NCBI GenBank assembly: GCA_963841435.1 | Contig: CAWJCS010000006.1 | Location: 896,001-960,000, forward strand | Direction of reading: 5' to 3' | DNA length: 64,000 nucleotides | Source of the DNA: an uncultured delta proteobacterium | Lineage (GTDB): Bacteria; Myxococcota_A; Polyangia; Polyangiales; Polyangiaceae | In this document: piece after piece, positions 21,964 through 31,304 of the stretch | How the letters are laid out: each line of letters begins with the position of its first letter | Position numbering within the stretch: position 1 is the first letter of the stretch | The notes under the pieces: model-generated | Told to the model about the DNA's origin: nothing | Database searches by the model: none | Seen by the model: only the letters and a program-made list of their open reading frames with translations | Position numbers and translations under genes: made by a program

Positions 21964-22701
21964 ATGGGCCTCTTCGACTTCCTGGGCAAGGGTAGGGACG
22001 ACGCCGCCAAGGGCGCCAAGGACGTGGCGCGCCTCGAGCGCATGGTCGCCAACAAGCTTTCGCAGAACTACGATCGTCAGGAGGCGATCGAGCAGCTCTC
22101 GAAGATGGCCGACGAGGCCGCCTCGGCCGCCTTGCTCAAGCGCTTCGACTGGACGCTCGATCCTTCCATCACCGATCAGGAAGAGAAGGAGTCCTGCCTG
22201 CGTGGCCTGGTCGCCGCGGGAGACGACGCGCTCGAGCCCCTCAGGCGCTACTGCAAGAGGGCAGAAAGTCTCACCTGGCCGCTCAAGGTCCTCGCGGCGA
22301 TCGTGCCCCCGGAGCGCCTCACCGAAGAGCTGCTGTCGATCCTCGATAAGTTCGACACCGAGTACACCCGCAACGTCGAGCCCAAGGTACAGCTCCTGCA
22401 GGAGCTCGAGCGTCTTCCGTCGGAAGACGTGCGCGTCGCCGCCGAGCCGTTCCTCGAGGACGCCGGCGAGACCGTTCGGTTCACGGCCGCCAATACGGTC
22501 TTCGCCGTCAACGACATGAAGAGCGTGCCGGCTCTCGTCGCCGCGCTCGCGGCCGAAGAATCGTTGCGCGTCAAAAACCGCATCGCTCAGGGCCTTGCCG
22601 ATCGCGGCTTCGAGATCCCGGCGGAGCTCGGGGCGGCGTGCACGGCTGGTCTGCCCCCGGGCTACGCGCTCAAGGGCGGCAAGGTCGAGCGGACCCGCTG
22701 A
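21964..22701 (+). CDS. HEAT-repeat protein
   Basis: RQEAIEQL, VRFTAANTV, LRVKNRIAQGL helical repeats; good codon usage. Confidence 0.75.
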   Translation: MGLFDFLGKGRDDAAKGAKDVARLERMVANKLSQNYDRQEAIEQLSKMADEAASAALLKRFDWTLDPSITDQEEKESCLRGLVAAGDDALEPLRRYCKRAESLTWPLKVLAAIVPPERLTEELLSILDKFDTEYTRNVEPKVQLLQELERLPSEDVRVAAEPFLEDAGETVRFTAANTVFAVNDMKSVPALVAALAAEESLRVKNRIAQGLADRGFEIPAELGAACTAGLPPGYALKGGKVERTR

Positions 22702-22778
22702 GAGGGACGCCGCGCCCCCCCAAGAGCAGGTGGGGGCAACGCGACGGGACGCGACCGCAGCCTCTGCGGCGCCCGACG

Positions 22779-23675
22779 TTACTCGCTGATACGGACCTTC
22801 GTCGGCAGGTTGACGACGAAGCTGACCGTCATCAGCTGCTTGAAGTCGAAGGTGCGGTCCGCGCTCGTGATCTTGTTGTCCGGGAACGCCTCGTCCTTGC
22901 CGCCGCCCGCGGTGTCGAAGCCGCCGCGGTTCCACGAGAAGGGCATGAGCCGATACTCCCAGCCGATCGCGCTCCACTCGTTGATGTAAAAATTGAGGCC
23001 GGCTCCGAACGTCGGCGCGATGGCGATGCGCGAGGCCATCGGGAAAGCCGCGACGTTGTTGGACACGCAGTCCGTGCAGTCCGCACGCTCGGTGATGCCG
23101 ATGATCGCGGGGCCGCCGAAGACGTACAGGTCCGTGTCCATGTAGATGCTCTGGAAGAGCGCGAGCTTGCCGCGGAACGGCGTCGCCGTGATCTGCGGCG
23201 CCAGCACCCAGTCGACGCCGCCGAGCTGGTCCTCGAAGTTCGGGCCGAGGTTCACGGCGGTGAGGCGGCGCTCGGTGTCGAGCGGATCCCCGCCGGGCGG
23301 GGCCGTCGTCGCCCGGACGATGCGGACGTGGTTCTGCTCTTGGATTTGATCGGTCAGATCGGTGTTGAGCTGCAGCAGGCCGCCGTAGCCGCCCCAGACG
23401 CCCACGCCGAGCCAGTCCGTGAAATTGTAGGCAAGCCGCGCGCCCAGGAAGATCGTGCGCCGGTACTCGTCGAGCAGCGTGAACGTGACAGCCGGAGAAA
23501 CCTCGAAGCGGCCTTGCCGATGCAGGCGAAGCTTGCGCGTTGCGGGGGCGCCCGCGAGCGGACCGGTGAGCAGGATCTCCTGCGCCTGAGCGGACGGCGC
23601 GAAGGCGAGCAGCGCGGACCCGAGCAGGGTCGTCGAAAGAAGCCGCTTTAGGATTTTGCGATGCTTGGTCGTCAT
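22779..23675 (-). CDS. outer membrane beta-barrel protein, gliding GltA/GltB-like
   Basis: Signal peptide AQA; RQGRFEVSP, ATPFRGKLALF, alternating beta-strands; paralogue of the adjacent gene. Confidence 0.75.
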   Translation of the reverse strand: MTTKHRKILKRLLSTTLLGSALLAFAPSAQAQEILLTGPLAGAPATRKLRLHRQGRFEVSPAVTFTLLDEYRRTIFLGARLAYNFTDWLGVGVWGGYGGLLQLNTDLTDQIQEQNHVRIVRATTAPPGGDPLDTERRLTAVNLGPNFEDQLGGVDWVLAPQITATPFRGKLALFQSIYMDTDLYVFGGPAIIGITERADCTDCVSNNVAAFPMASRIAIAPTFGAGLNFYINEWSAIGWEYRLMPFSWNRGGFDTAGGGKDEAFPDNKITSADRTFDFKQLMTVSFVVNLPTKVRISE

Positions 23676-23692
23676 GCCTGGCCCTTCGCTCG

Positions 23693-24643
23693 TCACTTCG
23701 GCAGCCGGTAGTCGAACGAGAACGGGATGAAGATCGAGACGCCCAACTGGAACTGGACGTTGTTGGTGAGCTTGGTCTGGCCGTACCAAGTGCCCTGGTC
23801 CGTCGGATTCACGGCGATTGCCAGGTTCTCGAGCTTTTCGGGGTAGACGTAGTCGCGGAGCTCCAAGACCGCGGCGAACCAGCGACTGACGAAGACACGC
23901 AGACCGAGCCCCGCGTTGAACGCGAGCTTGGGCTTGAAATCGAAGGTGCGGTTGTCAGGGTCGATGACGGGGATGGGACGCGTGGACAGAGCGCCAATTC
24001 CGCCGAGGACGTACGCGTCGTAGTGGAAGATGAAATCGCCAAAACCGGCGAATTTCCCGTACGCCGGCACGTAGCCCAGATTGACGGCAGCGCCCCACTG
24101 ATACTCGTTCAGCGGCACCGCGACGCGCGCGGCGCGCCGCACCTGTGCGTTGAAGGCGCTGTCGCCGTTGAACGGCTGATAGTAGTTGCCGTTGATGCCG
24201 ACGAGGAGGACGTTCGTGATGTAGTAGTTGAGGGCGACGCCGGGGCCCGGGTGGCTCACGAACTGGTCGTTCAGCGTGATGCCCCAGTAGGGGTTGATCT
24301 CGAAACGCCGGACGCGAAGCGCGTACACCTGCTGCACGGCGTAGAGCGGCTCCTTGAATTGACGCGCCGCTTCCTTGTCCATGTCGAGGTTCGGACAAGC
24401 CGCGGGATCGATCTTGCAGATGTCCGCGAGGCCTTCGCCTTCTGCCTCGCCGCCAGCCGCAGCGTCGCCTTCTGCACCGGTTTCTTCGGTCCCAGCAGCA
24501 TCGCCGCCTTCGCCCTCCGGAGCAGCGGCGGCGTCGGTCGCTTCGTCACCCGCAGCGGCGGCGTCGCCTTCTGCGGCGAATACGTGCGCGGGGAATAGCC
24601 AGAGGGCCGCTGCTACGAGGAGCCCGACGCGAGATTTCTTCAT
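23693..24643 (-). CDS. outer membrane beta-barrel protein, gliding GltB/GltA-like
   Basis: Signal peptide and acidic linker; AVQQVYALRVRRFEINP, TLNDQF, PAYGKFA, LELRDYVY, QLGVSIFIP. Confidence 0.8.
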   Translation of the reverse strand: MKKSRVGLLVAAALWLFPAHVFAAEGDAAAAGDEATDAAAAPEGEGGDAAGTEETGAEGDAAAGGEAEGEGLADICKIDPAACPNLDMDKEAARQFKEPLYAVQQVYALRVRRFEINPYWGITLNDQFVSHPGPGVALNYYITNVLLVGINGNYYQPFNGDSAFNAQVRRAARVAVPLNEYQWGAAVNLGYVPAYGKFAGFGDFIFHYDAYVLGGIGALSTRPIPVIDPDNRTFDFKPKLAFNAGLGLRVFVSRWFAAVLELRDYVYPEKLENLAIAVNPTDQGTWYGQTKLTNNVQFQLGVSIFIPFSFDYRLPK

Positions 24644-24743
24644 CGATGCCTCTTACCGCTTGTCCCCTGGCACAGCCGCCGCGTCACGCCTGCAACTGTC
24701 CGAAACTATTCGAAAAATCATCACTTCGCAGAACGGCCCGGGG

Positions 24744-24773
24744 ACTATATCACGCAAAATTTCGCTGGATCAA
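24744..24773 (-). promoter_or_regulatory. sigma70-type promoter (extended -10) for the barrel pair
   Basis: TTGATC-18 bp-TATAGT with TGn extension, in an AT-rich intergenic region. Confidence 0.6.
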
Positions 24774-24861
24774 CAACCAAAAAATTCCTCTGACGCATAA
24801 TTTCTCGCCTGAACGCGTGACATTGGTGCGCGTCACGCGCCCCGTCGGCTCGCTCTCAACG

Positions 24862-26085
24862 TCACTCTGCGGCGCTCGATCCTTCCTCGGCCTCCCGGCC
24901 GAGGAGTGCCTCGATGAACGCGTCGGGGACGAATTCGCGCAGGTCGTCGGCGCGCTCGCCTAGTCCGACGAAGCGAACGGGCAGCTTGAGGGCGTCGGCA
25001 ATCCCGAGCACGACGCCACCCTTCGCCGTCCCGTCGAGCTTGGTGAGCACGATGCCCGTGATCGGCAACGCTTCCTTGAACTCGCGCGCCTGGGCGAGTG
25101 CATTTTGCCCGTTGGTCGCGTCGAGCACCAAGAGGATCTCGTGCGGCGCGCCGGCGAGTGCCTTCTCCGCCGTCTTGGCGATCTTCTTCATCTCGGCCAT
25201 CAGGTTGGTCTTCGTGTGCAGGCGTCCCGCCGTGTCGGCGAGCACGATCGCCGCGCCGGTCTCCTGCGCCTTCTTGATGGCTTCGAAAACCACGCTGCCC
25301 GGGTCGGCGCCGTCCTTGCCACGCACGACCTCGCAACCGACGCGCTCGCCCCACACGACGAGCTGTTGGACGGCCGCGGCGCGGAACGTGTCGCCGGCGG
25401 CGAGCACCACCTTCGAGCCCGACCCAGCGAGCTTGGTGGCAAGCTTGCCGATGGTCGTGGTCTTGCCAGCGCCGTTGACGCCCACGAGCAGCACGACGGT
25501 TGGCTGCGCGGACACGGCGAGGCCGCCGCGCTGGCCCCCCACGGCGAGGATCTTCGTGGCCTCGGCGCGCAGAGCCTCCCAGACCTTGTCCGCGCTCGAG
25601 AGCTCTCCGCGCTCCAACCCCTCGCGCACTCTGCCAATCAAGAGAGCGGTCGTCTCGACCCCCACGTCGGAAGTGAGCAGCACCTCCTCAATCTCTTCGG
25701 TGAGCGAGGGGTCGATGTCGCGCTTCTTGCCGAGCAGCGCGCGCAGGCGGCCGAAGAAGCCCTCGTCCGAGCGCGCCTTGGCGAGCCCGCGTCGAAAGCC
25801 CTGAACCTCGCGTTCGCGTTCGCCCGGCGGAGGTTGCGACGGCTGCGCTATCGGTGGCCGAGGGCTCGGCTCCGGTTTTGCCTCTTCGGCGGGGGCGCGC
25901 GCGGGCCCGGGTGAGGCTTCGGGCTCGGCCGCACGCTCCGCGCGCGGGCGTGCGCCCGCCGTCGGCTTCGGCTCGACCTTCTTGGGCGGTGTGGAAGGGG
26001 CTCCAACCTGCGCGGGGCCGCTCTTCCTGAAGAACAGGAAATAGAGCACCGCGACCGCGACGACTGCGACAACGACATAGACCAT
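24862..26085 (-). CDS. ftsY: signal recognition particle receptor FtsY
   Basis: [34 protein letters not shown]-terminal TM anchor. Confidence 0.97.
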   Translation of the reverse strand: MVYVVVAVVAVAVLYFLFFRKSGPAQVGAPSTPPKKVEPKPTAGARPRAERAAEPEASPGPARAPAEEAKPEPSPRPPIAQPSQPPPGEREREVQGFRRGLAKARSDEGFFGRLRALLGKKRDIDPSLTEEIEEVLLTSDVGVETTALLIGRVREGLERGELSSADKVWEALRAEATKILAVGGQRGGLAVSAQPTVVLLVGVNGAGKTTTIGKLATKLAGSGSKVVLAAGDTFRAAAVQQLVVWGERVGCEVVRGKDGADPGSVVFEAIKKAQETGAAIVLADTAGRLHTKTNLMAEMKKIAKTAEKALAGAPHEILLVLDATNGQNALAQAREFKEALPITGIVLTKLDGTAKGGVVLGIADALKLPVRFVGLGERADDLREFVPDAFIEALLGREAEEGSSAAE

Positions 26086-26105
26086 CAGCGGCTCGAACGT
26101 CGCGG

Positions 26106-26135
26106 ACTATAGGAAGCCCGGCTTTGGCGCGTCAA
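26106..26135 (-). promoter_or_regulatory. sigma70-type promoter of ftsY
   Basis: TTGACG-18 bp-TATAGT, 20 nt upstream of the ATG. Confidence 0.65.
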
Positions 26136-26145
26136 TGGGTCGGGC

Positions 26146-27876
26146 TCAACGCGTGCGGTTCGGGGCATCCGCTTGCTCTACCTGCTCTACGGGCTCCCTT
26201 GCGAGCACGTCGCGCTCGCCGTGCTCGTCGAGCGCCACGGGGCCGTACGCCGCCGCCTCGACGGTTCGGGCCCAGTCGGCCACTTTCCCCTTCTGCACGG
26301 CATGCGCGGCACGCTGCACCTCGGCGGGCGTGGGCTCCCCGCGACGGCCGCCGAACGCCGGCCTGCCGCTCGCCCAGCGCACGAGCCTGCCCAGGACGTG
26401 TCGGCGCCGCGTCAAAAGGTCCACGCGAACGACCCCGAACTCCGGCGCCGGGACCAGCAGGTCGGCGTGAAAAGGCGCGCGAACGGCCAAGAGGAGGGTC
26501 TTTTCGTCTCCCGGGGGACGGAGCTCGAAATGCCCCGACTCGTCGGCCTGGGCGCGAGCGATCGGCATCTGCTCGCGGCTGGTCTCCAAGAGCTCGATGA
26601 CGGCGCCCCCGATCGGCGCGCCGTCATGTGCATCGCGCACGGACCCTCGCCACCCGTGCAAGGTGCGGTCGCCCTCCACGACCACGACCGCCGCGGAGGG
26701 CGGGCCACGCAATTCGGGCAGCGGGCCGGCCCGGGGGGTGGCACGCGGGCGTCGCCAGCCGCGCACGACGTAGAAACCTACCAAAGTCAGCACGACCAGC
26801 CAGGCGGCCGTGCCGAGCGGGCCGCGCGGCGCAACGGGCACGGCGACACTGAGTGGTGCACCAGGAAGGAGCCAGGGCTCACCGGGCAGGTAGCGGATCT
26901 CGACGTTCGGGTTGGAGCCGCGCCGCGGAAAGCGGACTTTAACCGCGGCGTTTCCGTGGTCGACCTTCGCGATGCCCACGGTCCGCCCCGCGAGCGTGGC
27001 CTCGACCGCGCCCGAGGTCACTGCGCCGAGCCCGGTGGCGACACCGACTTCGAGGTCGATGCCCTCGCGCGGATCACCCGGGTCCGGTTGTCGGCCGAGC
27101 GCCAGCCCGACGCGTGCCGAAACCGCGAGCCTCACGCGTGCTTCCGCGGGCTGGAGCTCGTCGCTACCCCCGAAGCGCACGGAGAGCTCCACTGGCCCGG
27201 GCTCGGGGAGCTTGCTCGATGAGAACTCGAGCGTCGTGCGGCGGCCGGTTTCGAGGGCGCTCTGGGCCAGCAAGGTTGGCGGCGAGCTCTGTTTCGCCGG
27301 CACGCGCGCGTAGAGCGCGACGGCAATCGTCGCCGGAGGGGCGCCGCGAGCGAGAGATTCGAGGTCCGCGGCGACGGCGACGCGTTGCGTCGGCTGCTCG
27401 ATGGCGAGCGCCGTCGGTGGATCGACGAAACGAAGCGACACACGGCGCCGCCCCCGCTCGACGCGCAAGCGCCGCTCCACGGCGTCGAAGAGGCCCCGCT
27501 CGTCCGTGAACCCGAGCGACACCACGTCGGCGTTCTCTGCCTCGACGACGAGACAGAAGCGACCGGAGCGATCGGTCGTTAGGCGAAGGCCACCCTCGGG
27601 GCGGGCGAAGCGCGTGGGGGCGTCGTCCCCCGGGCACGGTCGAGCCGAGGTGATGGGCAGGGTGGCCTCGCTTCGGCTAAACGCGCCGACGACCAGACTC
27701 GCGCTTCCGACCGGTCGCCCGGTGTCGTCGCGCACCTCTCCGGCCACGAAAAGCTCGCCACTCTCGACCGTGGCGGTGGCTTCGACCTGGGCGGCGCCGC
27801 GCACGCGGACCGTGGGCGCGCCGAGGACCGTCGCCGGCAACAGCCCGACCAGCAGCGTCGCCAAGGCCAGGCGCAT
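26146..27876 (-). CDS. membrane protein with Ig-like/carboxypeptidase-regulatory-like domains
   Basis: Signal peptide; GEVRDDTGRPV and GSVRDAHDGAPIGGA..ADESGHF motifs on either side of a TM. Confidence 0.7.
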   Translation of the reverse strand: MRLALATLLVGLLPATVLGAPTVRVRGAAQVEATATVESGELFVAGEVRDDTGRPVGSASLVVGAFSRSEATLPITSARPCPGDDAPTRFARPEGGLRLTTDRSGRFCLVVEAENADVVSLGFTDERGLFDAVERRLRVERGRRRVSLRFVDPPTALAIEQPTQRVAVAADLESLARGAPPATIAVALYARVPAKQSSPPTLLAQSALETGRRTTLEFSSSKLPEPGPVELSVRFGGSDELQPAEARVRLAVSARVGLALGRQPDPGDPREGIDLEVGVATGLGAVTSGAVEATLAGRTVGIAKVDHGNAAVKVRFPRRGSNPNVEIRYLPGEPWLLPGAPLSVAVPVAPRGPLGTAAWLVVLTLVGFYVVRGWRRPRATPRAGPLPELRGPPSAAVVVVEGDRTLHGWRGSVRDAHDGAPIGGAVIELLETSREQMPIARAQADESGHFELRPPGDEKTLLLAVRAPFHADLLVPAPEFGVVRVDLLTRRRHVLGRLVRWASGRPAFGGRRGEPTPAEVQRAAHAVQKGKVADWARTVEAAAYGPVALDEHGERDVLAREPVEQVEQADAPNRTR

Positions 27877-28057
27877 CTCGCGAAGCACGAGGCGATCCTT
27901 CCACGCGAGCCACCCCGCCTGCAACCTGCCGAAAGGTGGTTGTCGCGCCGCCATATTCGCGCCCGGCCTGACGATCCGAGCGAAGATCGCGCGCGTCGGT
28001 CCGTACTATCCTGGGTCCGGAGCGCGCGCGATTGTCCCCGAGAAGAGAAGACGACAG

Positions 28058-28873
28058 ATGATAGGCTCGGGCTTCATGCCGTTACGCCCACACGTCGGGG
28101 TGCTCGCGGGCGTCATGCTGTGGGTGCTCGCGCTCCCCGCTCACGCCCAAGGTGCGGGCGACATCGATCGCCTCATCGCCGCGCTTCGCTCGGGAACGGA
28201 CTTTCGCGTGCGGACCCAGGCGGCGCTAGCGCTCGGCGCGTCCAGGAGCTCGCGCGCGACCGCACCGCTCTGCACCGCGCTCGGCGACGGCACCACCACG
28301 GTGCGAGCGGCGGCAGCCGCCGCGCTGGGCAAGCTCCAGCAGGGTGGCGGCGACTGTCTCGAGCGTCGGCTCGCTAGCGAGCCGAGCCAGACGGTCAAGT
28401 CGGCGATCCAGAAGGCGCTCGATCTCGTGCGCGGCGGTGGGGAGCCCGCCTTCGCGCCCGACACCAAATATTACGTGGCGATCGCCAAGGTCGCCGACAA
28501 GACGGGGCGCACCGGTGACGGCGTCAACCGCATGGTGCGTAAGGCCATGCTCGCGGGCGCGCGCGCGTCCCATATCGCGATCGCCCCATTCGACGAGGCC
28601 CCCGCCGACGCGAAGCGGCGCATGCAGGCGCACCACGGGGTGAAGGCCATTTACCTCTCGCCGCGCGTCCCCCCCTTCGACTACTCGGGCGGAAACCTCA
28701 AGGTTCGGCTCGAAATCGCGTTTTTTAGCTATCCGGAGAAGGCGCTGATCGGAAATTTCACGATTTCGCTCACCCAGCAGGGGGTTGACGGCAAGGATCC
28801 GAGCTCCGAGGACGACCTCGTGAGCTCCGCAGCCGAGCGCGCCCTCGAACGGCTCATCCAACGTATCCAGTGA
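28058..28873 (+). CDS. exported HEAT-repeat protein
   Basis: Signal peptide AHA-Q; DFRVRTQAALALG, TVRAAAAAALG; start uncertain (28058 or 28076). Confidence 0.8.
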   Translation: MIGSGFMPLRPHVGVLAGVMLWVLALPAHAQGAGDIDRLIAALRSGTDFRVRTQAALALGASRSSRATAPLCTALGDGTTTVRAAAAAALGKLQQGGGDCLERRLASEPSQTVKSAIQKALDLVRGGGEPAFAPDTKYYVAIAKVADKTGRTGDGVNRMVRKAMLAGARASHIAIAPFDEAPADAKRRMQAHHGVKAIYLSPRVPPFDYSGGNLKVRLEIAFFSYPEKALIGNFTISLTQQGVDGKDPSSEDDLVSSAAERALERLIQRIQ

Positions 28874-28983
28874 CGCTACATCGGCCCGCGAGGTTCTTGC
28901 TCGCCCGGAACCCGAGGGCCTACGCTAGCAATCCGCGGTGATCCGCCCGCCAGGGATCGCGCGGGCCGCGAGGAGATCCCAGT

Positions 28984-29808
28984 ATGGCCAACGCCAGTTC
29001 GTCGTCCTTTCCCGCAGGGGGTGGTCGCCACCAGCGACGGCTCAAAAACTACCTGCTCGATGCGCATTTCCAGCTGAAGTACTCGGCGTACTTGATGCTC
29101 CTCGCGGTCGTGCTGAGCGCGGGCCTCGGCATCATGCTCTGGCGGACGAGCAACGAGGTCATCGACCAGAGCCGACAGGCCGTGCACCAGGGGGAAGAGG
29201 TGGTCGCGCGCGGCAAGGAGGTCGTCGCCGAGAGCCAGAAGGTCAGCGCGGTCGTTCAGATGAACATCGTCAAGGACCCGGTGTACAGCGACAGCCCCGC
29301 ACTGCTCGAGGCGTTCAAGGCCGACGCCGCCAAGCAAGACGAACGCTTGAAGGAGCAGCAAGCGCAGCTCGTTTCGCAAGCTGAGTCGCTCAAGCACCAG
29401 GCGGCCGCGTTGGCCGGAAAGCAGCGCGTCATGCTGTTCACGCTGTGCGGCGCGCTCACGCTGCTCGTGTTGTTGATCGGCGTCGCCGGCATCATCGTGA
29501 CGCATCGGGTGGCAGGGCCCATCTTCAAGATGAAGTCGAACCTCAAGTCCGTGGCGCGTGGGCTGCTCAACGTCCCGACCCCGCTCCGCAAGGGGGACGA
29601 GCTCGTGGAGTTCTTCGAGGCCTACCGCTCGATGGTGATCGCGCTTCGGGCACGCCAGGAAGCCGAGATCGAGAAGCTCGACCAGGCGATCGCCACGCTG
29701 ACGCCCAAGGCAGAACCGGGGGAGCTCGAGGCGCTCCACGCGCTCCGGCGTGAGATGCAAGGTGCGCTCCAGGTTCCCGCCTCCTCGGGCGCCGCGCCGA
29801 AAGGCTAG
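28984..29808 (+). CDS. membrane protein with coiled-coil periplasmic domain and HAMP domain, no output domain
   Basis: RRLKNYLLD..FQLKY, two TMs, THRVAGPIFKM..VARG..LRKGDEL. Confidence 0.8.
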   Translation: MANASSSSFPAGGGRHQRRLKNYLLDAHFQLKYSAYLMLLAVVLSAGLGIMLWRTSNEVIDQSRQAVHQGEEVVARGKEVVAESQKVSAVVQMNIVKDPVYSDSPALLEAFKADAAKQDERLKEQQAQLVSQAESLKHQAAALAGKQRVMLFTLCGALTLLVLLIGVAGIIVTHRVAGPIFKMKSNLKSVARGLLNVPTPLRKGDELVEFFEAYRSMVIALRARQEAEIEKLDQAIATLTPKAEPGELEALHALRREMQGALQVPASSGAAPKG

Positions 29809-30203
29809 AAGGCCGCAATCACGTACTCGATGCTCGGCGGCTCCCGGTCGAGGCGGACGCCCGCCACGTCGAAGCGCAGCCGCTCCACGCTCGGGTCGTG
29901 GCGGTAGCGCCGTTGCCAGAGACGCTCGCCGGCACGCCGCAACCTGAGCCGCTTTCCGTGTCCGATGCTGCCGAGCGGTGACGTGCGCGCCGTCGGGCCC
30001 CGCGTGCGCACTTCCACGACGGCGACGACGGGTCCCTTGCGCGCGACGATGTCGATCTCGAGCTCGCCGACGCGCAAGTTGGTTGCGACGATGTCGTAGC
30101 CCTCCTCGGAGAGCCACTGCGCAACGAGCGCCTCGGCCCGAGCGCCTAGCTCACTGCGCGTAGCCCGGGTTCGCCCCGTCGGCTCCGCAGATCTCGGCGA
30201 CAT
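29805..30203 (-). CDS. YraN family protein (UPF0102)
   Basis: LGARAE, N.R...EIDIVA, VVEVRTR, RFDV; start uncertain. Confidence 0.85.
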   Translation of the reverse strand: MSPRSAEPTGRTRATRSELGARAEALVAQWLSEEGYDIVATNLRVGELEIDIVARKGPVVAVVEVRTRGPTARTSPLGSIGHGKRLRLRRAGERLWQRRYRHDPSVERLRFDVAGVRLDREPPSIEYVIAAF

Positions 30204-30855
30204 TGTACCCGTCGCGAGGGACGTGGCCCTTGGCGTCGGCCGCATCGCAGACGTTGGCCGAGTAGGTCTTCTTGGGATCGTAGGCCGTGCCCTGCTTGAT
30301 GCAGTACGAGCCGGCGAGCTGCGCGCGACCCGGCAGGCCGAGCTCCTTCACGAGCTCCGTGCATTCGTAGCCGCTCGGGCACTGGCAATAGTTGGCGTTC
30401 GCATCCGGGCCCTTGCAGCGGCAGGAGCAGTAGACGGTATCCTGGGCGTTGCGCGCGAGGAGCTGGGGCTGCACGGGAACCGTGATTTCGTCGATGTTCT
30501 GCTGGCCGGGCGCGCAAGCGACGGTGCTCACCCCGTTGAGGCAATGCTTGCCGTTCGTGCCGGGGACCCGGCAGCGGTCGGCTCCGGTGGGTGGCGACGA
30601 AGCGATCTGCGCCTCGGTTTGCCCGTACGGACAGGAGACGCGGCCCGCGAAGTGGTTCACGATGCAGACGCGCGTTTCACACTGGAACGACTTGCTCTCG
30701 ACGTTCACCTCGGTGTCGTCGAAGCCGTTGAACGTCTGTTGGTATTCGTCCTCGGGCGTGCAGGGATCGCCGACGCCGCCGCTGTTGCACCCGAAGGCAC
30801 CGAAGCCGAAGAGAGCGACGAACGGGAGAAGTTGCTGTCGGGAGAATCGCGTCAT
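30151..30855 (-). CDS. Cys-rich lipoprotein, CglC/GltK(AgmO)-like
   Basis: Lipobox FGC; GDPC..CETRVC..YCSCRC pattern; 17 Cys; divergent from gltC. Confidence 0.6.
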   Translation of the reverse strand: MTRFSRQQLLPFVALFGFGAFGCNSGGVGDPCTPEDEYQQTFNGFDDTEVNVESKSFQCETRVCIVNHFAGRVSCPYGQTEAQIASSPPTGADRCRVPGTNGKHCLNGVSTVACAPGQQNIDEITVPVQPQLLARNAQDTVYCSCRCKGPDANANYCQCPSGYECTELVKELGLPGRAQLAGSYCIKQGTAYDPKKTYSANVCDAADAKGHVPRDGYNVAEICGADGANPGYAQ

Positions 30856-30922
30856 CGTGCTTCGGACCCTTGGGTGGGCGGGTGGCGTTCGGACGGCTCA
30901 GGCGGTCGCCCGGGCCCGCGGT

Positions 30923-30952
30923 ACGCTAGTCGAGCGGACCAAAGCGCGTCAA
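30923..30952 (-). promoter_or_regulatory. sigma70-type promoter of the CglC-like gene
   Basis: TTGACG-18 bp-TAGCGT. Confidence 0.5.
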
Positions 30953-31153
30953 CGCGAAAGGGCCTGCCGTCTTGCGGTGTTGCGCTCGCCCGGCAAGCAC
31001 GACGCGCCACGTCATCGGTCGTTCGTTCCAAGGCACCGCCGGCGCGGGTGTCGGACCCCGGAGCACACGCCCCGCACTTCCCACCGTGCCCGTAATTTTT
31101 CAACCGCGTAACCAGAGCTCCGTCCCACCACGAGATCGCGATTACGACGACAC

Positions 31154-31183
31154 TTGACAACACTTCGAACCGGTATCTAACAT
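31154..31183 (+). promoter_or_regulatory. sigma70-type promoter of the gltC operon
   Basis: TTGACA-18 bp-TAACAT. Confidence 0.6.
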
Positions 31184-31304
31184 CGCGTCGGTCGCGATAT
31201 CTATCTACCGGTAGTTATTGGGTTTTTCGACCTTTTGCCCTGCCTCGCCCCCGCCACCATTGCGGCGCCGCCTCGTTCGGCCCCGCCACGAGAAGAGAGG
31301 ATCC

